A DNA stretch of 32,000 bases from positions 2,010,001 through 2,042,000 of the forward strand of contig NZ_CP047931.1 in assembly GCF_014280175.1 (NCBI RefSeq), read 5' to 3'. The DNA is from Synechococcus sp. A15-28. Its GTDB lineage: Bacteria; Cyanobacteriota; Cyanobacteriia; PCC-6307; Cyanobiaceae. The stretch's first letter is position 1, and each line of letters begins with the position of its first letter. The translations under genes were made by a program, and so were the position numbers. Under the pieces are notes generated by a model. The model saw only the letters and a list, made by a program, of their open reading frames with translations. It was not told the origin of the DNA and did not search any database. Of the stretch, positions 1 through 10,131 are shown piece by piece.

Positions 1-2
1 AT

Positions 3-335
3 CAGCTGCTGGGGGTGGAAGAGGACCCCGACTCGGCCAACCGCCAGATCGCCCGACTCAAAGGGGACCTTTACCTCGAAACCACGGTGACGGGTCGCCG
101 TCAGGAAAGTCCGACCGAGGACACCTTTCTGGCGGATGAATTGGTGCTGCAGATTCTGCACACCCCCGGCGCGCCCCGATTAAGCCGAATCGAAACCCTG
201 AGCCGCTACCACCGTTGCGGCGAAGACATCTGCGCCGAGCAGTGGCAGGCGCGGTACCCCGATCCAGGACAAACGATCACCAACAAAGCCGTCAGCGTTC
301 ACCGTTATCAACTCACCATGCGACCGCTCGAGTAA
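3..335 (+). CDS. C-terminal part of a hypothetical cyanobacterial protein (5' end outside window)
   Basis: Open frame runs from the window edge and ends ...NKAVSVHRYQLTMRPLE*. It has no antisense competitor of similar quality. Family not confidently recognised; possibly a DUF6816-like cyanobacterial protein. Confidence 0.55.
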   Translation, partial: QLLGVEEDPDSANRQIARLKGDLYLETTVTGRRQESPTEDTFLADELVLQILHTPGAPRLSRIETLSRYHRCGEDICAEQWQARYPDPGQTITNKAVSVHRYQLTMRPLE

Positions 336-364
336 GACAAAAGATTCAGAAGACTGAACAAAAA

Positions 365-1564
365 TCAAAACCCCTCGCAGAAATACAACCAGTCCTTTCT
401 GACTTGCATGGCATAGGATTTAGCGATTCTTGCTGTGAAAATCGCGAACTCTTCTTCTCGATCGCGGGCGATGCAGTTGATGGTTGCCTCAAACACATAT
501 TGGTCGACGGAGTGATTCAAACGCCTGGCAGCACGCAGATGCTTTGTGGCCATGATTTCTGCCCATTGAGCCGCCATCCGGTAGTAATTCTTCGTTTTCT
601 CCAACATCACCGTTGGGAAATCATTTTTAAATGGTGATCGCTCCCGAACCGAGAAACACTCCCCATCCATGCTCAGCCAGCCGAGGTGCTGATCCGGGTG
701 CTCAGCCAGGGCTTTGTAAGCCTCGGCATGGCGATGGGCATGATTCTCAAAATTATATTCATATTCTTTGACTTCCTCATCGCTCAGATAAGCGAATGCG
801 GTTGGATGTTTCTGCTGCTTGACGTCCAAAATCAAATCGTCATAAGCATGCTCAGTATTCCCAGCAATCAGAACGTAATAACGCCTCAAACCCAGCGAAC
901 CCTTTCCCGCTCCGCGACGCTCCGCGACATCAAGAATCTTGTTATGCAGCTCGTTCACCGAAGCAAATTCCTCAGGTATTGTACGCAAGTAGCCCTGAAA
1001 AGCCTGCGATATCTTCCTTCGTGTCTCTGCATCGACAGAAGACAATTTCCGTTCAATCACACGAAATTTTCGAACATTCCCGTCGCTCACTTCAGTCCAT
1101 TTACCGAGCATCCTCTCGCGACTGTATTTTTTTGATGTCTTAGCTAAAAACCTGGAAAGAGGCTTGCAAGTGTTGTGCTGATTGAAGGAGCATGAAAACA
1201 AATCAACGCGATCAAAAGACGTAATTGTTTTCAAATATGTCCTCGCAAAAACCCGAATGGCGTTGCTGAGCTCCTTATCATCAAATTTTTTATTTTGCCA
1301 TGCATCTAAAACCATACTGATACAAAAGCGCCAAATGTCGTACTGGTAATCGGCAACGAGTGCATCGTCATAATCATCAAAACCAAAGGCAACATGGCCA
1401 GCATTATTCAAGTAAGCACCCATGTTGTAAACATGGGAGTCGCCTTCAATCCAAGTTCGAGAGAAGGCACTGCCTCCAAAGCGATTGATCTGCCAATCCC
1501 CGGCAAAATCAGACCAGAAAAGATGGTTGGAACCTTTGAAAAATGAGTAAGGACCATTTTTCAT
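365..1564 (-). CDS. DUF2252 family protein
   Basis: 399 aa. N-terminal FFKGSNHLFWSDF...IEGDSHVYNMGAYLNNAGHVAFGFDDYDDALVADYQYDIWRF matches the typical DUF2252 pattern (FxRG...GDxHxxNxG...DFDEA...WDLxR). Confidence 0.85.
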   Translation of the reverse strand: MKNGPYSFFKGSNHLFWSDFAGDWQINRFGGSAFSRTWIEGDSHVYNMGAYLNNAGHVAFGFDDYDDALVADYQYDIWRFCISMVLDAWQNKKFDDKELSNAIRVFARTYLKTITSFDRVDLFSCSFNQHNTCKPLSRFLAKTSKKYSRERMLGKWTEVSDGNVRKFRVIERKLSSVDAETRRKISQAFQGYLRTIPEEFASVNELHNKILDVAERRGAGKGSLGLRRYYVLIAGNTEHAYDDLILDVKQQKHPTAFAYLSDEEVKEYEYNFENHAHRHAEAYKALAEHPDQHLGWLSMDGECFSVRERSPFKNDFPTVMLEKTKNYYRMAAQWAEIMATKHLRAARRLNHSVDQYVFEATINCIARDREEEFAIFTARIAKSYAMQVRKDWLYFCEGF

Positions 1565-1780
1565 CTTTTCGAACTTTTCCTACCGAAAAGGAGTTGCTAC
1601 ATCTCGGTTATGATGCTCGAGCGACTCGTAAACTTTGCCTTTCCTGTCGTAACTTTTAGAGGAAAAAATAATGTTCTTCACCCTCAAAAAGATGCGACTT
1701 TCCAATTTCTAGCGTCGCAAACCCCTACAGCTGAGGGCTAAAGATAAAGAGTGTCTTCAGAAGCACATGAAGACTTCGTT

Positions 1781-2506
1781 TCACACCTCTTCGAGGGTTC
1801 TTTCCATCAATTTGAGCTCGATCTGGTCGCGCCACTGGAACAAGGGCTGCAATTTGGGATGGTCACTCAGACCTGGCACACCCTTGCCAGCCAGAGCAAC
1901 ACCGGCGGAGGAGGGGAAGCGCAGCAACGACAGCTGAGCTGCCACGGCGATGTCCGCCAGGGTCATGCTGTCGCCCACCAACCATGGGCTGGCCTGTACG
2001 GATGTGGCGAGCTGCTCCAGGCTCGCCAGCAGATCGGCCCGCTCCCCCTGGTTCACCAGTTCGGTCACGTTGTTGACCCAGCCGCCGGGGATCGCCCCCA
2101 TCACCGACCGCACGGGGTCGGGCAGATCGTCGGGCAGCAGGGCGACCCGCAGCTCCGGGTCCAATGCCGCCGCTTGCACCAGAGCCGTGCGACCGGCCAT
2201 GGCCAGGGTGGTGTCCGCCCAGTCCTCGAGCAGATGCATCTGGGACGCCTGGCGCGGGTCCGTTGGAATCAGGGCTGGATCGGGCTCCCGCTGCTCCAGA
2301 TGACGGGCGATGGCAGAGGAGTCCGCCAGCACCTGTTCCCCATCCACCAGCACCGGCACCTGCCGCTGTCCAGAGAGGCGGAACACCGCCACCTGGCCGA
2401 TGCCGGGGGTCACCTCCACCGTGCGGAAACTGAGGCCTTTGGCCTGCAGCGCCATGCGCACCTTCAGACAGAAGGCGGAATGGCGGAATTGATGGAGCTC
2501 CAGCAT
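1781..2506 (-). CDS. Glutathione S-transferase family protein
   Basis: MLELHQFRHSAFCLKVRMALQAKGLSFRTVEV...QVPVLVDGEQVLADSSAIARHLE is a thioredoxin-fold GST N-domain. The ORF extends to 2551, but the ATG at 2504-2506 gives the canonical N-terminus. Confidence 0.88.
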   Translation of the reverse strand: MLELHQFRHSAFCLKVRMALQAKGLSFRTVEVTPGIGQVAVFRLSGQRQVPVLVDGEQVLADSSAIARHLEQREPDPALIPTDPRQASQMHLLEDWADTTLAMAGRTALVQAAALDPELRVALLPDDLPDPVRSVMGAIPGGWVNNVTELVNQGERADLLASLEQLATSVQASPWLVGDSMTLADIAVAAQLSLLRFPSSAGVALAGKGVPGLSDHPKLQPLFQWRDQIELKLMERTLEEV

Positions 2507-2564
2507 GGCCAATGGATCCATGGGCCCGGCAGAGTAGCCAGCAGATTCCAACCGCCGCTAGCCC

Positions 2565-2771
2565 ATGCGGGAGTTCTTTCTCAACGTCACCCGCTACCCC
2601 CGCTATCTGGTGGCCTTCACCCTCGGGGTGATGAATTCCGTCGCTGAGCCCCTGGCCCAGCGACGCAGCAATCCCGTGACCGCCGTGGCCTTGATCGGAG
2701 CGCTGATCAGCGGATTCATCAGCCTGAGCCTGGTGTTGCGTGCCATGGTGACCTCAGCACCGATGGCGTGA
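2565..2771 (+). CDS. DUF751 (Ycf33-like) small membrane protein
   Basis: 68 aa, [30 protein letters not shown]...; short hydrophobic cyanobacterial/plastid family. Located immediately upstream of rbfA. Confidence 0.8.
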   Translation: MREFFLNVTRYPRYLVAFTLGVMNSVAEPLAQRRSNPVTAVALIGALISGFISLSLVLRAMVTSAPMA

Positions 2772-3175
2772 TGGCACAGGGTCGTCGAGTCGAGCGGGTC
2801 GCGGCCCTGATCCGCAAGGAAACCAGTGAACTGCTGATCAATGGCATCCGCGATGAACGGGTGCACCAAGGGATGGTGAGCATCACCGACGTGGAAGTCT
2901 CTGGGGATCTGCAGCACTGCAAGATCTTCGTAAGCATTTTTGGTGATCAGGCCAGCCAGCCGCAGGTGATGGAGGGGTTGCAGGCCGCCAGCGGTTACCT
3001 GCGCGGTGAACTCGGCAGGAGGCTGCAGATGCGCCGCGCGCCGGAAGTGGTGTTCCAGCTGGACCGCGGCATCGAGAAGGGCACCTCCGTACTGGGTCTG
3101 CTCAACAAGCTCGAGGATGAGCGCAAGGAGCGAGGGGAGATTCCGGCGGGAAGCGATGAGCTGCCGTCCGAGTGA
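2768..3175 (+). CDS. rbfA: Ribosome-binding factor A
   Basis: [54 protein letters not shown] is a typical RbfA N-terminus. The start codon may be 2771. Confidence 0.95.
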   Translation: MMAQGRRVERVAALIRKETSELLINGIRDERVHQGMVSITDVEVSGDLQHCKIFVSIFGDQASQPQVMEGLQAASGYLRGELGRRLQMRRAPEVVFQLDRGIEKGTSVLGLLNKLEDERKERGEIPAGSDELPSE

Positions 3176-4757
3176 TCCGCTGCAGCGGCAGGTGGCCGAA
3201 CTGCTGGTGGTGCGCGCCAGCGGCCACCTCGATGATCAGCAACGCCGCTACCCCCAGTGGGAGCTCAGCAACCGCGAACTGCAGCGGCTGTTGAACAGCG
3301 GAGTGGGCGGGGTGATCCTGCTGGGCGGCAGCGCCATGGAACTGCAGCAGCGCACCCGCCAGCTGCAGGGCTGGAGCGATCAGCCCCTGCTGCTGTGTGC
3401 CGATGTGGAGGAGGGCGTCGGTCAACGCTTTGAAGGGGCGAGCTGGCTGGTGCCCCCCCTGGCTCTGGGGCGACTGCATCAGAACGATCCGGAACAGGCC
3501 ATCGCCCTGGCGGAGAGTTACGGCCACTGCACCGCAGACCAGGCCAGGCTCTGCGGCTTGAACTGGGTGCTGGGCCCGGTCTGCGACGTCAACAACAATC
3601 CGGCCAACCCGGTGATCAACGTGCGGGCATGGGGTGAAGACCCCACAACCGCTGGCGCTCTGGCCGCTGCTTTTCAACGGGGTCTGAGCCGTGGCGGCGT
3701 GTTGGGCTGCGCCAAGCACTTCCCGGGCCATGGCGACACCTCCAGCGATTCCCACCTGGACCTGCCGGTGCTGCCCCACAGCCGTGAACGGCTGGAGCAG
3801 CTGGAGTTCCCGCCCTTCCGTGCCGCCATCGCCGCCGGGGTCGACAGCGTGATGACCGCCCATCTGCTGCTGCCGCAGCTGGATCCCGAGCAGCCCGCCA
3901 CCCTGTCGAGCGTCGTGCTCACCGACCTGCTGCGCGGCACGTTGGGCTTCAACGGATTGGTGGTGACGGATGCTCTGGTGATGGAGGCGATCACCGCGCG
4001 CCATGGCCCCGCGGAGGCTGCGGTGCTGGCCTTTGAAGCCGGCGCGGATCTCATCCTCATGCCCGCCGATGCCGATGCCGCCATCTCCGGCATCAGCCAG
4101 GCCATTGCCCAGGGACGGATCCCGATCCAACGGCTGCATCAGGCTCTGAAACGTCGTCGTGAAGCGCTGGCGAAGGTGCAGCCGCCAGCCCCGGCACTCC
4201 CCATACCCACCCCTGAGGAACGGCAGCTGGAGCAGCATTTGGTGGCCGCCAGCCTGGAACAGTCAGGTCCTGCCACCATCCCTGCCGCCGCAGGCATCAA
4301 CCTCATCCGGGTCGATGCGGCCTGGCCCTGCCCCGCGCTCAACGGTTCAGCCCCGGCCCTGCGCTTACCAGAACAGCAGGGATACCGCAGCGTGGTGGTG
4401 CATGGCCTGGGGGTCTCCCCCTGGCAGGACGACCCCGACGCCCCCTTGGCCCTGGAGCGCTTGGGCGATGGCCCGATCGTGCTGCAGCTGTTTTTGCGGG
4501 GAAATCCCTTCCGCGGGGAACGCGACCGGCAGGAGCCCTGGTGCGCGGCCGTGCAACAGCTGCAACGGCTGGATCGGCTGGCCGGCTTGATCGTCTATGG
4601 CAGTCCCTACCTCTGGGAGGCGCTCCGCTCGATGCTGCACCCCTCGATCCCGGCTGGATTCAGCCCGGGGCAGATGCCGGAAGCGCAGCGCCAACTGCTC
4701 AGCCGTCTGCTGCAATCCCAGGCTAAACGCCCTGCGAGCCGCGACTTCACCGACTGA
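3156..4757 (+). CDS. Glycoside hydrolase family 3 protein (beta-N-acetylhexosaminidase / NagZ-like)
   Basis: [10 protein letters not shown]...[15 protein letters not shown]...[20 protein letters not shown]...[13 protein letters not shown] are GH3 catalytic-domain signatures. The ORF track begins at 3006, but the ATG at 3156 overlapping the rbfA end is more plausible. Confidence 0.9.
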   Translation: MSCRPSDPLQRQVAELLVVRASGHLDDQQRRYPQWELSNRELQRLLNSGVGGVILLGGSAMELQQRTRQLQGWSDQPLLLCADVEEGVGQRFEGASWLVPPLALGRLHQNDPEQAIALAESYGHCTADQARLCGLNWVLGPVCDVNNNPANPVINVRAWGEDPTTAGALAAAFQRGLSRGGVLGCAKHFPGHGDTSSDSHLDLPVLPHSRERLEQLEFPPFRAAIAAGVDSVMTAHLLLPQLDPEQPATLSSVVLTDLLRGTLGFNGLVVTDALVMEAITARHGPAEAAVLAFEAGADLILMPADADAAISGISQAIAQGRIPIQRLHQALKRRREALAKVQPPAPALPIPTPEERQLEQHLVAASLEQSGPATIPAAAGINLIRVDAAWPCPALNGSAPALRLPEQQGYRSVVVHGLGVSPWQDDPDAPLALERLGDGPIVLQLFLRGNPFRGERDRQEPWCAAVQQLQRLDRLAGLIVYGSPYLWEALRSMLHPSIPAGFSPGQMPEAQRQLLSRLLQSQAKRPASRDFTD

Positions 4758-4792
4758 GCGGCCTAACCTCCCGCCAACCCGAGCCGCCGGCG

Positions 4793-5995
4793 ATGCTCAG
4801 CTTCTCCATGATCGTGCGCAACGAGGAGGCGCGGCTGGCGGATTGCCTGGCCTCTGTGCGGGAGCTTGCGGACGAGATGGTTGTGGTGGATACCGGCTCC
4901 ACCGACGCCACCATCGCCGTGGCCGAAGCGGCCGGTGCTCGCGTGGAACAGGTTGAATGGCCAGGCGATTTCGCCCCCGCCCGCAACACAGCCCTCACCT
5001 TTCTCAACGGGGACTGGGTGCTGGTGCTGGATGCCGATGAACAGCTGCGACCGGAGGTGATCCCCAGCCTCAAGGCCTTGATGGCCCAGCCCGATGTGCT
5101 GGTGATCAATCTGCTGCGTTACGAGGTGGGGGCCGCCATGGCGCCCTACTCCAGTGTCAGCCGTCTGTTCCGCCGCCATCCCGCCATCCGCTGGAGCCGG
5201 CCGTATCACTCGATGATCGACGACAGCGTCGGCGAGCTGCTGGCCAGCGAACCCCAATGGCGCATCGCCGACTGCAGCGAACCAGCCATCCTTCACGACG
5301 GCTACCGGCCGGAACTGCTGGCCGGCACCGACAAAGCCGAGCGCTTGCGCCAGGCCATGCAGAGCGAATTGGACACCCGGCCTGGTGATCCCTACGCCAG
5401 CGCCAAGCTCGGTGGACTGATGATCAGCGAAGGACAGCACGACCAGGCCATCCCGCTGCTGCGCCGCGGCCTGGATCAAGCCACAGGCGACAGCGCGGAA
5501 CGGTACGAGTTGCTGCTGCACCTGGGTCTGGCCCTCACTCCCAGAGATCCGAGCGGTGCCGTGGCCTGTTATCGCCAGGCTCTGGACATTCCCCTCGATG
5601 CCCGGATCAGCCTCGGGGCACGCCTCAACCTGGCGGCCCGGCTGATGGAGCAAGGCGAGCTCGATGAAGCCATCGCTCTCACCCAGACCGCCACCCAGCG
5701 GGCCCCGGAAGTGGCCCTCGGTTGGTACAACCTCGGCCTGATGCTGCGCCGCCGCGGCGACATCGCAGCGGCCCTTGAGGCCTACAGCCGCGCTGTGGAG
5801 CTCGACCCCGATAACGCGGCCTGCCATCAGAACCGCGCCGTCGCGCTGCTGCTGGGGGGTGACATCGAAGGGGCGCGCGCCGCCTTCCGCACCGCGATCA
5901 CCCTGCTGGAGACCCAGGGGCGACCCGTCGATGCCCAGGCCCTGCGCAGCAAGGCCCAGGGCATCGTCAAGCTGGACATGGAGCCCATCGCTTGA
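4793..5995 (+). CDS. Family 2 glycosyltransferase with C-terminal TPR repeats
   Basis: MLSFSMIVRNEEARLADCLASVRELADEMVVVDTGSTDATIAVA...WPGDFAPARNTAL...VLVLDADEQL is a GT2 fold. TPR-like helices follow (LAEAYNxxG-type: ALGWYNLGLMLRRRGDIAAALEAYSRAVELDP). Confidence 0.9.
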   Translation: MLSFSMIVRNEEARLADCLASVRELADEMVVVDTGSTDATIAVAEAAGARVEQVEWPGDFAPARNTALTFLNGDWVLVLDADEQLRPEVIPSLKALMAQPDVLVINLLRYEVGAAMAPYSSVSRLFRRHPAIRWSRPYHSMIDDSVGELLASEPQWRIADCSEPAILHDGYRPELLAGTDKAERLRQAMQSELDTRPGDPYASAKLGGLMISEGQHDQAIPLLRRGLDQATGDSAERYELLLHLGLALTPRDPSGAVACYRQALDIPLDARISLGARLNLAARLMEQGELDEAIALTQTATQRAPEVALGWYNLGLMLRRRGDIAAALEAYSRAVELDPDNAACHQNRAVALLLGGDIEGARAAFRTAITLLETQGRPVDAQALRSKAQGIVKLDMEPIA

Positions 5996-6780
5996 GCCAG
6001 CCGCTGCAGAACTGCACGGTGGTGGTGACCCGCGCCGCCGACCAACAGGGAGAAGCCAGGCGCCTGCTGCAAGCCCAGGGTGCGCAGGTGCTCGACCTCC
6101 CCGCTCTGGTGATCGGCCCCCCGGACGACTGGCGCCCCCTGGACGATGCCCTGGCGGAGCTGGAGGAGTTTCACTGGCTGGTGGTATCCAGCGCCAATGG
6201 GGTGCAGGCGGTGGAACAGCGCTTGCAACGCCAGGGGGGCAGCCTGTTGCGGCGACCGGCCAACCTGCGCATCGCCGCCGTTGGTCGCAAAACCGCCAGA
6301 GCCCTTGACGATCTCGGCGCAGAGGCGGATTTCGTGCCGCCAAGCTTCGTGGCCGACAGCCTGATCGAACACTTTCCCGTGTCCGGCTATGGCCTGCGGA
6401 TGCTCCTGCCGAGGGTGCAAAGCGGTGGCAGAACCGTGCTGGCGGAGGCCTTCGGGGAAGCGGGGGTGAGGGTGGTTGAAGTGGCGGCCTATGAGTCCCG
6501 CTGCCCCGACGCCATGCCGGATGGCACCGCCGATGCCCTGGCGGCTGGAACCGTGGACGCGCTGCTGTTCAGCAGCGGCAAGACGGCCGCCCACACGGCA
6601 CAACTGCTGCTGCAGCGCTTCGGGCCAGGCTGGGAAGAGCGGCTGGCCTCGTCGAAGATCGTGTCCATCGGCCCCCAGACCAGCCAGAGCTGCCGCCAGT
6701 CGTTCGGTCGCGTCGATGGGGAAGCCGATCCCCATGACCTGGAGGGGCTGGTGGACGCCTGCTGCCGGCTACTGAGGTGA
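5992..6780 (+). CDS. hemD: Uroporphyrinogen-III synthase
   Basis: VVVTRAADQQGEARRLLQAQGAQVLDLPAL...WLVVSSANGVQAV...RIAAVGRKTARAL...SIGPQTSQSC; diagnostic HemD layout. Confidence 0.9.
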   Translation: MSQPLQNCTVVVTRAADQQGEARRLLQAQGAQVLDLPALVIGPPDDWRPLDDALAELEEFHWLVVSSANGVQAVEQRLQRQGGSLLRRPANLRIAAVGRKTARALDDLGAEADFVPPSFVADSLIEHFPVSGYGLRMLLPRVQSGGRTVLAEAFGEAGVRVVEVAAYESRCPDAMPDGTADALAAGTVDALLFSSGKTAAHTAQLLLQRFGPGWEERLASSKIVSIGPQTSQSCRQSFGRVDGEADPHDLEGLVDACCRLLR

Positions 6781-6786
6781 ACGGCA

Positions 6787-7305
6787 TCAGCCGAGGCAGA
6801 CGGCCTCCTGCGGTTCGCCATCCTGTGCCAGCTGCAGGCAGCCCCGCTGCACATCAATGTCCAGCACCGACCAGGTCTCCGGCAGCACCCGCAGATCATC
6901 CGCTGCACATCGGCCATCGATGCCGATGCAGAGCACGGCACTGCCGGAGGCGGACTGAACCAGAGCGCGGCGCTGTTGACCCACCAGCATCACGCCGGTC
7001 AGCGTCAGCCCGGAGTTTGTTGAAGCGGTTGCAGCGTCAGACAACCCTGGCAAAGGTTGGAAGGGATCCGGCCGGCCGGCCGGTGCCGCTTCACGGACCT
7101 GCTGCACCGATGGCAAGGGGATCAGACCCAGATCCGGGGGCGCCGTCGCGATCGGTGCGGGAGGCTCCATCTCAGGGGTTGCCGCTGGAGCCGGGGCGGT
7201 GCTGGACGTCGGAGGTTCAGACCCACCGAAGGCGGCCAGGGCCAGTACAGCAGCCAGCAGGCCTGCCTCAGCTCCCCTTTTCCACCAGATCCCGGAAACG
7301 ATCAA
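6787..7305 (-). CDS. Hypothetical secreted/membrane-anchored cyanobacterial protein
   Basis: 172 aa. Hydrophobic N-terminus, then a Pro/Ala-rich linker, then GRPDPFQPLPGL...LTLTGVMLVGQQRRALVQSASGS. The 'GRxDPF...GV' segment is weakly reminiscent of PilP-like domains. Confidence 0.65.
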   Translation of the reverse strand: MIVSGIWWKRGAEAGLLAAVLALAAFGGSEPPTSSTAPAPAATPEMEPPAPIATAPPDLGLIPLPSVQQVREAAPAGRPDPFQPLPGLSDAATASTNSGLTLTGVMLVGQQRRALVQSASGSAVLCIGIDGRCAADDLRVLPETWSVLDIDVQRGCLQLAQDGEPQEAVCLG

Positions 7306-7708
7306 GGTTGGCCTGCAGCTCCTTCGTCACAATCCCCCCCAGGATGCTGGGCTCCATCAACGGTGCCAAGACCATCGGCAATTCGTAGCTGACGCTGAGC
7401 TTCACCACGGTGCGATCACCGGGCTCGGGATAGAAGCGAACTGCACCTTTGGTGGGAAGTCCGCCAACAGATTCCCAGTGCAGCTGCTGCGCCTCCACCC
7501 GCTGCGTGATCCGCGCTTTCCAGTGGAAGCGAAATCCCTGGGCCGCCAGGGTCCAGTCGGTGAGATCCGGATCCTCGAGGGTCTTCACCGATTCGATCCA
7601 GCGCATCCACTTGGGCATGGCCTCGAGATCGCTCCACACGGCCCAGACCCGATCCACAGGGGCCTGAACATCCGTGGTGACGGAGTGGTCGAGCCAGCGT
7701 CCCATCAA
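7268..7708 (-). CDS. SRPBCC family (polyketide cyclase/dehydrase-like) protein
   Basis: [37 protein letters not shown]... is the typical START/SRPBCC N-terminus. ATGA-type overlap with zds upstream. Confidence 0.85.
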   Translation of the reverse strand: MMGRWLDHSVTTDVQAPVDRVWAVWSDLEAMPKWMRWIESVKTLEDPDLTDWTLAAQGFRFHWKARITQRVEAQQLHWESVGGLPTKGAVRFYPEPGDRTVVKLSVSYELPMVLAPLMEPSILGGIVTKELQANLDRFRDLVEKGS

Positions 7709-9171
7709 GCCACAGCTGCGTTGGTGGCGAGCCTAACTGGCTGATCCAGGATGGCGGCTGCCGCCAGATGGCCACTCATCGTGGCGCCTTCCATCGAATC
7801 GATGTAGTCCTGGCGGGTGTAACTGCCAGCCAGGAAGAAGTTCTGAATCGGCGTGCGCTGATCAGGGCGGTAGGGCTCCATGCCCGGAGCCTCGCGGTAG
7901 AGCGACTGCGCCAGCTTCACCACGTTGCTCCAGGTGAGCTTGAGATCGCGAGCAGAAGGGAACAAGGCACGCACCTGGCGATCGGTGTGGGCCACGATCT
8001 CGTCCACGGATTTGGGAATCCAGGGATCACCGGGGGTCAGCACACACTGCAGCAGGGACCCCTCTCCCTCCTTGCGGTAATCCTCCGGACTGGCCAGGGC
8101 CAGATCCGCAAAGCAGCTGAAATCCGCATCAGCGGTATACAGCAGATTGTTCAGACCGGTTGGCGTCGCCACATCCCGGCGCTGGGCGTCCTGCGATTCA
8201 CCCAGTTCCGTCACCCAGCCGTCGTAACGAAGCTGCACCGTGGCCACGGGAACCGCCTCCAGTTGATGGATGGCATCGAACTGGGGGAAGCGACGCCAGT
8301 CGTCCGGCAACAGCTTCTGGATCCCGGGCACATCGCAGGCGGCGAGATAGGCGTCAGCCTCCACACGGATGTCTCCCTCCGGTGTGCCCAGCTGCAGAGC
8401 GGTCACCTCGGGGGTGTCGCCATCGCTGTACTCCACCTGCTTCACCCGGTGGCGCAGATGCAAGGTGCCGCCGCGCTGCTGGATGTAATCGAGGATCGGA
8501 CCGGTGAGCCAACGGTGCGGCGATCCCTTGAGCAAATTGAGTTTGGAGGCTTCGGTCTTGGACGCAAACATCATGAAGATGGTGAGCATGCAGCGGGCCG
8601 AAATCGCCTCGCAATCGATGAACCCCAGCGCATAGGCGATCGGGTTCCACATGCGACGGATGCTTTCCGGGCTCCCGCCGTGGCCCACGAACCAATCCTG
8701 GAAGCTGACGGAATCCAACGCACGGATGGTGCGCATCGCCCCCTCGTAATCCACCAGGCCCCGCACGATCGGGCTCGTCCCCAGGGCCAGGGCATTGCGC
8801 AGCTTGTCGATCCAGCTGAGCTGTGGCGTGGTGAAGAACGCCTTGAGGCCGTTGAAGGGAGCCCCGATCGGGAAGCGGAAATCCAGTTCCCGCAGGTCAC
8901 CACCCTCGTTCACGAACAGGTGGGTGTGCTGCTTGGGCAGCAGGTTTTCAAAGGCGCCCACCTTCCGCATCAAGGCGAAGAGATTGGCGTAATTGAAAAA
9001 GAACACATGCAACCCCATTTCGATGTGGTTGCCGCCGTCATCAACCCAACTGCCCACCTTGCCGCCCATGAACGGGCGAGCCTCATAGAGATTCACCTTA
9101 TGCCCGGCATCCACCAGGTCCACCGCAGCGGAGAGGCCCGCGAGACCGGAACCGACAATCGCGACCCGCAC
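7705..9171 (-). CDS. zds: Zeta-carotene desaturase
   Basis: [61 protein letters not shown]... is characteristic of cyanobacterial CrtQ/Zds. Confidence 0.95.
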   Translation of the reverse strand: MRVAIVGSGLAGLSAAVDLVDAGHKVNLYEARPFMGGKVGSWVDDGGNHIEMGLHVFFFNYANLFALMRKVGAFENLLPKQHTHLFVNEGGDLRELDFRFPIGAPFNGLKAFFTTPQLSWIDKLRNALALGTSPIVRGLVDYEGAMRTIRALDSVSFQDWFVGHGGSPESIRRMWNPIAYALGFIDCEAISARCMLTIFMMFASKTEASKLNLLKGSPHRWLTGPILDYIQQRGGTLHLRHRVKQVEYSDGDTPEVTALQLGTPEGDIRVEADAYLAACDVPGIQKLLPDDWRRFPQFDAIHQLEAVPVATVQLRYDGWVTELGESQDAQRRDVATPTGLNNLLYTADADFSCFADLALASPEDYRKEGEGSLLQCVLTPGDPWIPKSVDEIVAHTDRQVRALFPSARDLKLTWSNVVKLAQSLYREAPGMEPYRPDQRTPIQNFFLAGSYTRQDYIDSMEGATMSGHLAAAAILDQPVRLATNAAVA

Positions 9172-9243
9172 CTTGTGGTGTGCAACTGATGGCGACTCTA
9201 TGTATCAGGCTCCATAAAGTGAGGACATGAGCCTGCGTCATCA

Positions 9244-9636
9244 ATGACCTCAACCACCAGCCCAGCGCCGGCCCACACCGCCAAGGACGGCAAGGGCATC
9301 CTGATCACGGAACCCGCCATGCAGCAGCTGGCCAAGCTCTGTCGTGAGCAGGGCGATCAACAGGTGCTGCGGGTGGGGGTCCGCTCCGGGGGCTGCAGCG
9401 GCATGAGCTACACGATGGACTTCGTGCCGGCCTCCGACACCCTCGAAGACGACGAGACCTACGACTACGTCGCCGCCAACGGCCAGGGCTTCCGCGTGAT
9501 CTGCGACCCCAAGAGCCTGCTGTACATCTACGGCATGCAACTGGACTTCAGCACCGCTCTGATCGGCGGAGGCTTCAACTTCACCAACCCCAACGCCAGT
9601 CAGACCTGCGGTTGCGGCAGCTCCTTCGCGGTGTGA
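9244..9636 (+). CDS. A-type iron-sulfur cluster carrier (IscA/SufA-like)
   Basis: GILITEPAMQQLAKLCREQG...LRVGVRSGGCSGMSYTMDF...NFTNPNASQTCGCGSSF; conserved Cys pattern C...CGCG. Confidence 0.93.
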   Translation: MTSTTSPAPAHTAKDGKGILITEPAMQQLAKLCREQGDQQVLRVGVRSGGCSGMSYTMDFVPASDTLEDDETYDYVAANGQGFRVICDPKSLLYIYGMQLDFSTALIGGGFNFTNPNASQTCGCGSSFAV

Positions 9637-9684
9637 CCCAACGGCGCCGCGTGGGAATCTGAGGAGTGTTCAGCACGCGTCGCC

Positions 9685-10104
9685 ATGGAGTCCAGCCAGG
9701 AGAACCTGTTTGACCAGGCCATGGCCCGTTATCAGGCCGGAGCCAGAGCCGCCGAGATCCTGCCCGACTTCCTCAAGATCACCGAGATGGCGCCTCGCCA
9801 GGCCGCAGGCTGGACCTGCCTGGCCTGGCTGCAACTGCTCTGCGACCAACCCGAGGAGGCCCTGCGCTCGGCACGGTTCGCGGTGAAGCTCAGCCCCCAG
9901 GATCCCCAGGCCCGCATCAACCTGAGCCTGGCGTTGCTGGAGACGGATTCCAAGGGTGTGCGCGATCAGATCCAGATGGTGCAGCAGGTGCTGACCATGG
10001 CCCCCCAGATTTCCGATGACCTCAAAGGTGCCCTCGAGGACGGTCTGGTGCGGCGCCCGGGCTGGAAAGCGCTCGAAAAAGTGAAGTCCTGGCTCAACTT
10101 CTGA
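9685..10104 (+). CDS. Hypothetical TPR-like protein
   Basis: 139 aa, MESSQENLFDQAMARYQAGARAAEILPDFLKITEMAPRQAAGWTCLAWLQLLCDQPEEALRSARFAVKLSPQDPQARINLSLALLE; helical TPR pattern. Confidence 0.85.
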   Translation: MESSQENLFDQAMARYQAGARAAEILPDFLKITEMAPRQAAGWTCLAWLQLLCDQPEEALRSARFAVKLSPQDPQARINLSLALLETDSKGVRDQIQMVQQVLTMAPQISDDLKGALEDGLVRRPGWKALEKVKSWLNF

Positions 10105-10131
10105 CCCATCTCGCGGCGGCGCATCCGATCC

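Noticed and set aside
3102-4238. 378-aa minus-strand ORF opposite the GH3 gene
   Set aside because: Shadow ORF; the sense strand has strong GH3 motifs.
4763-6343. 526-aa minus-strand ORF opposite the GT2/TPR gene and hemD
   Set aside because: Typical antisense open frame in GC-rich DNA. It spans two real genes and has no family signature.
7768-9189. 473-aa plus-strand ORF antisense to zds
   Set aside because: High-GC shadow frame. The minus-strand product is a clear zeta-carotene desaturase, and the antisense protein is low-complexity His/Gln/Arg-rich with no recognisable domain.
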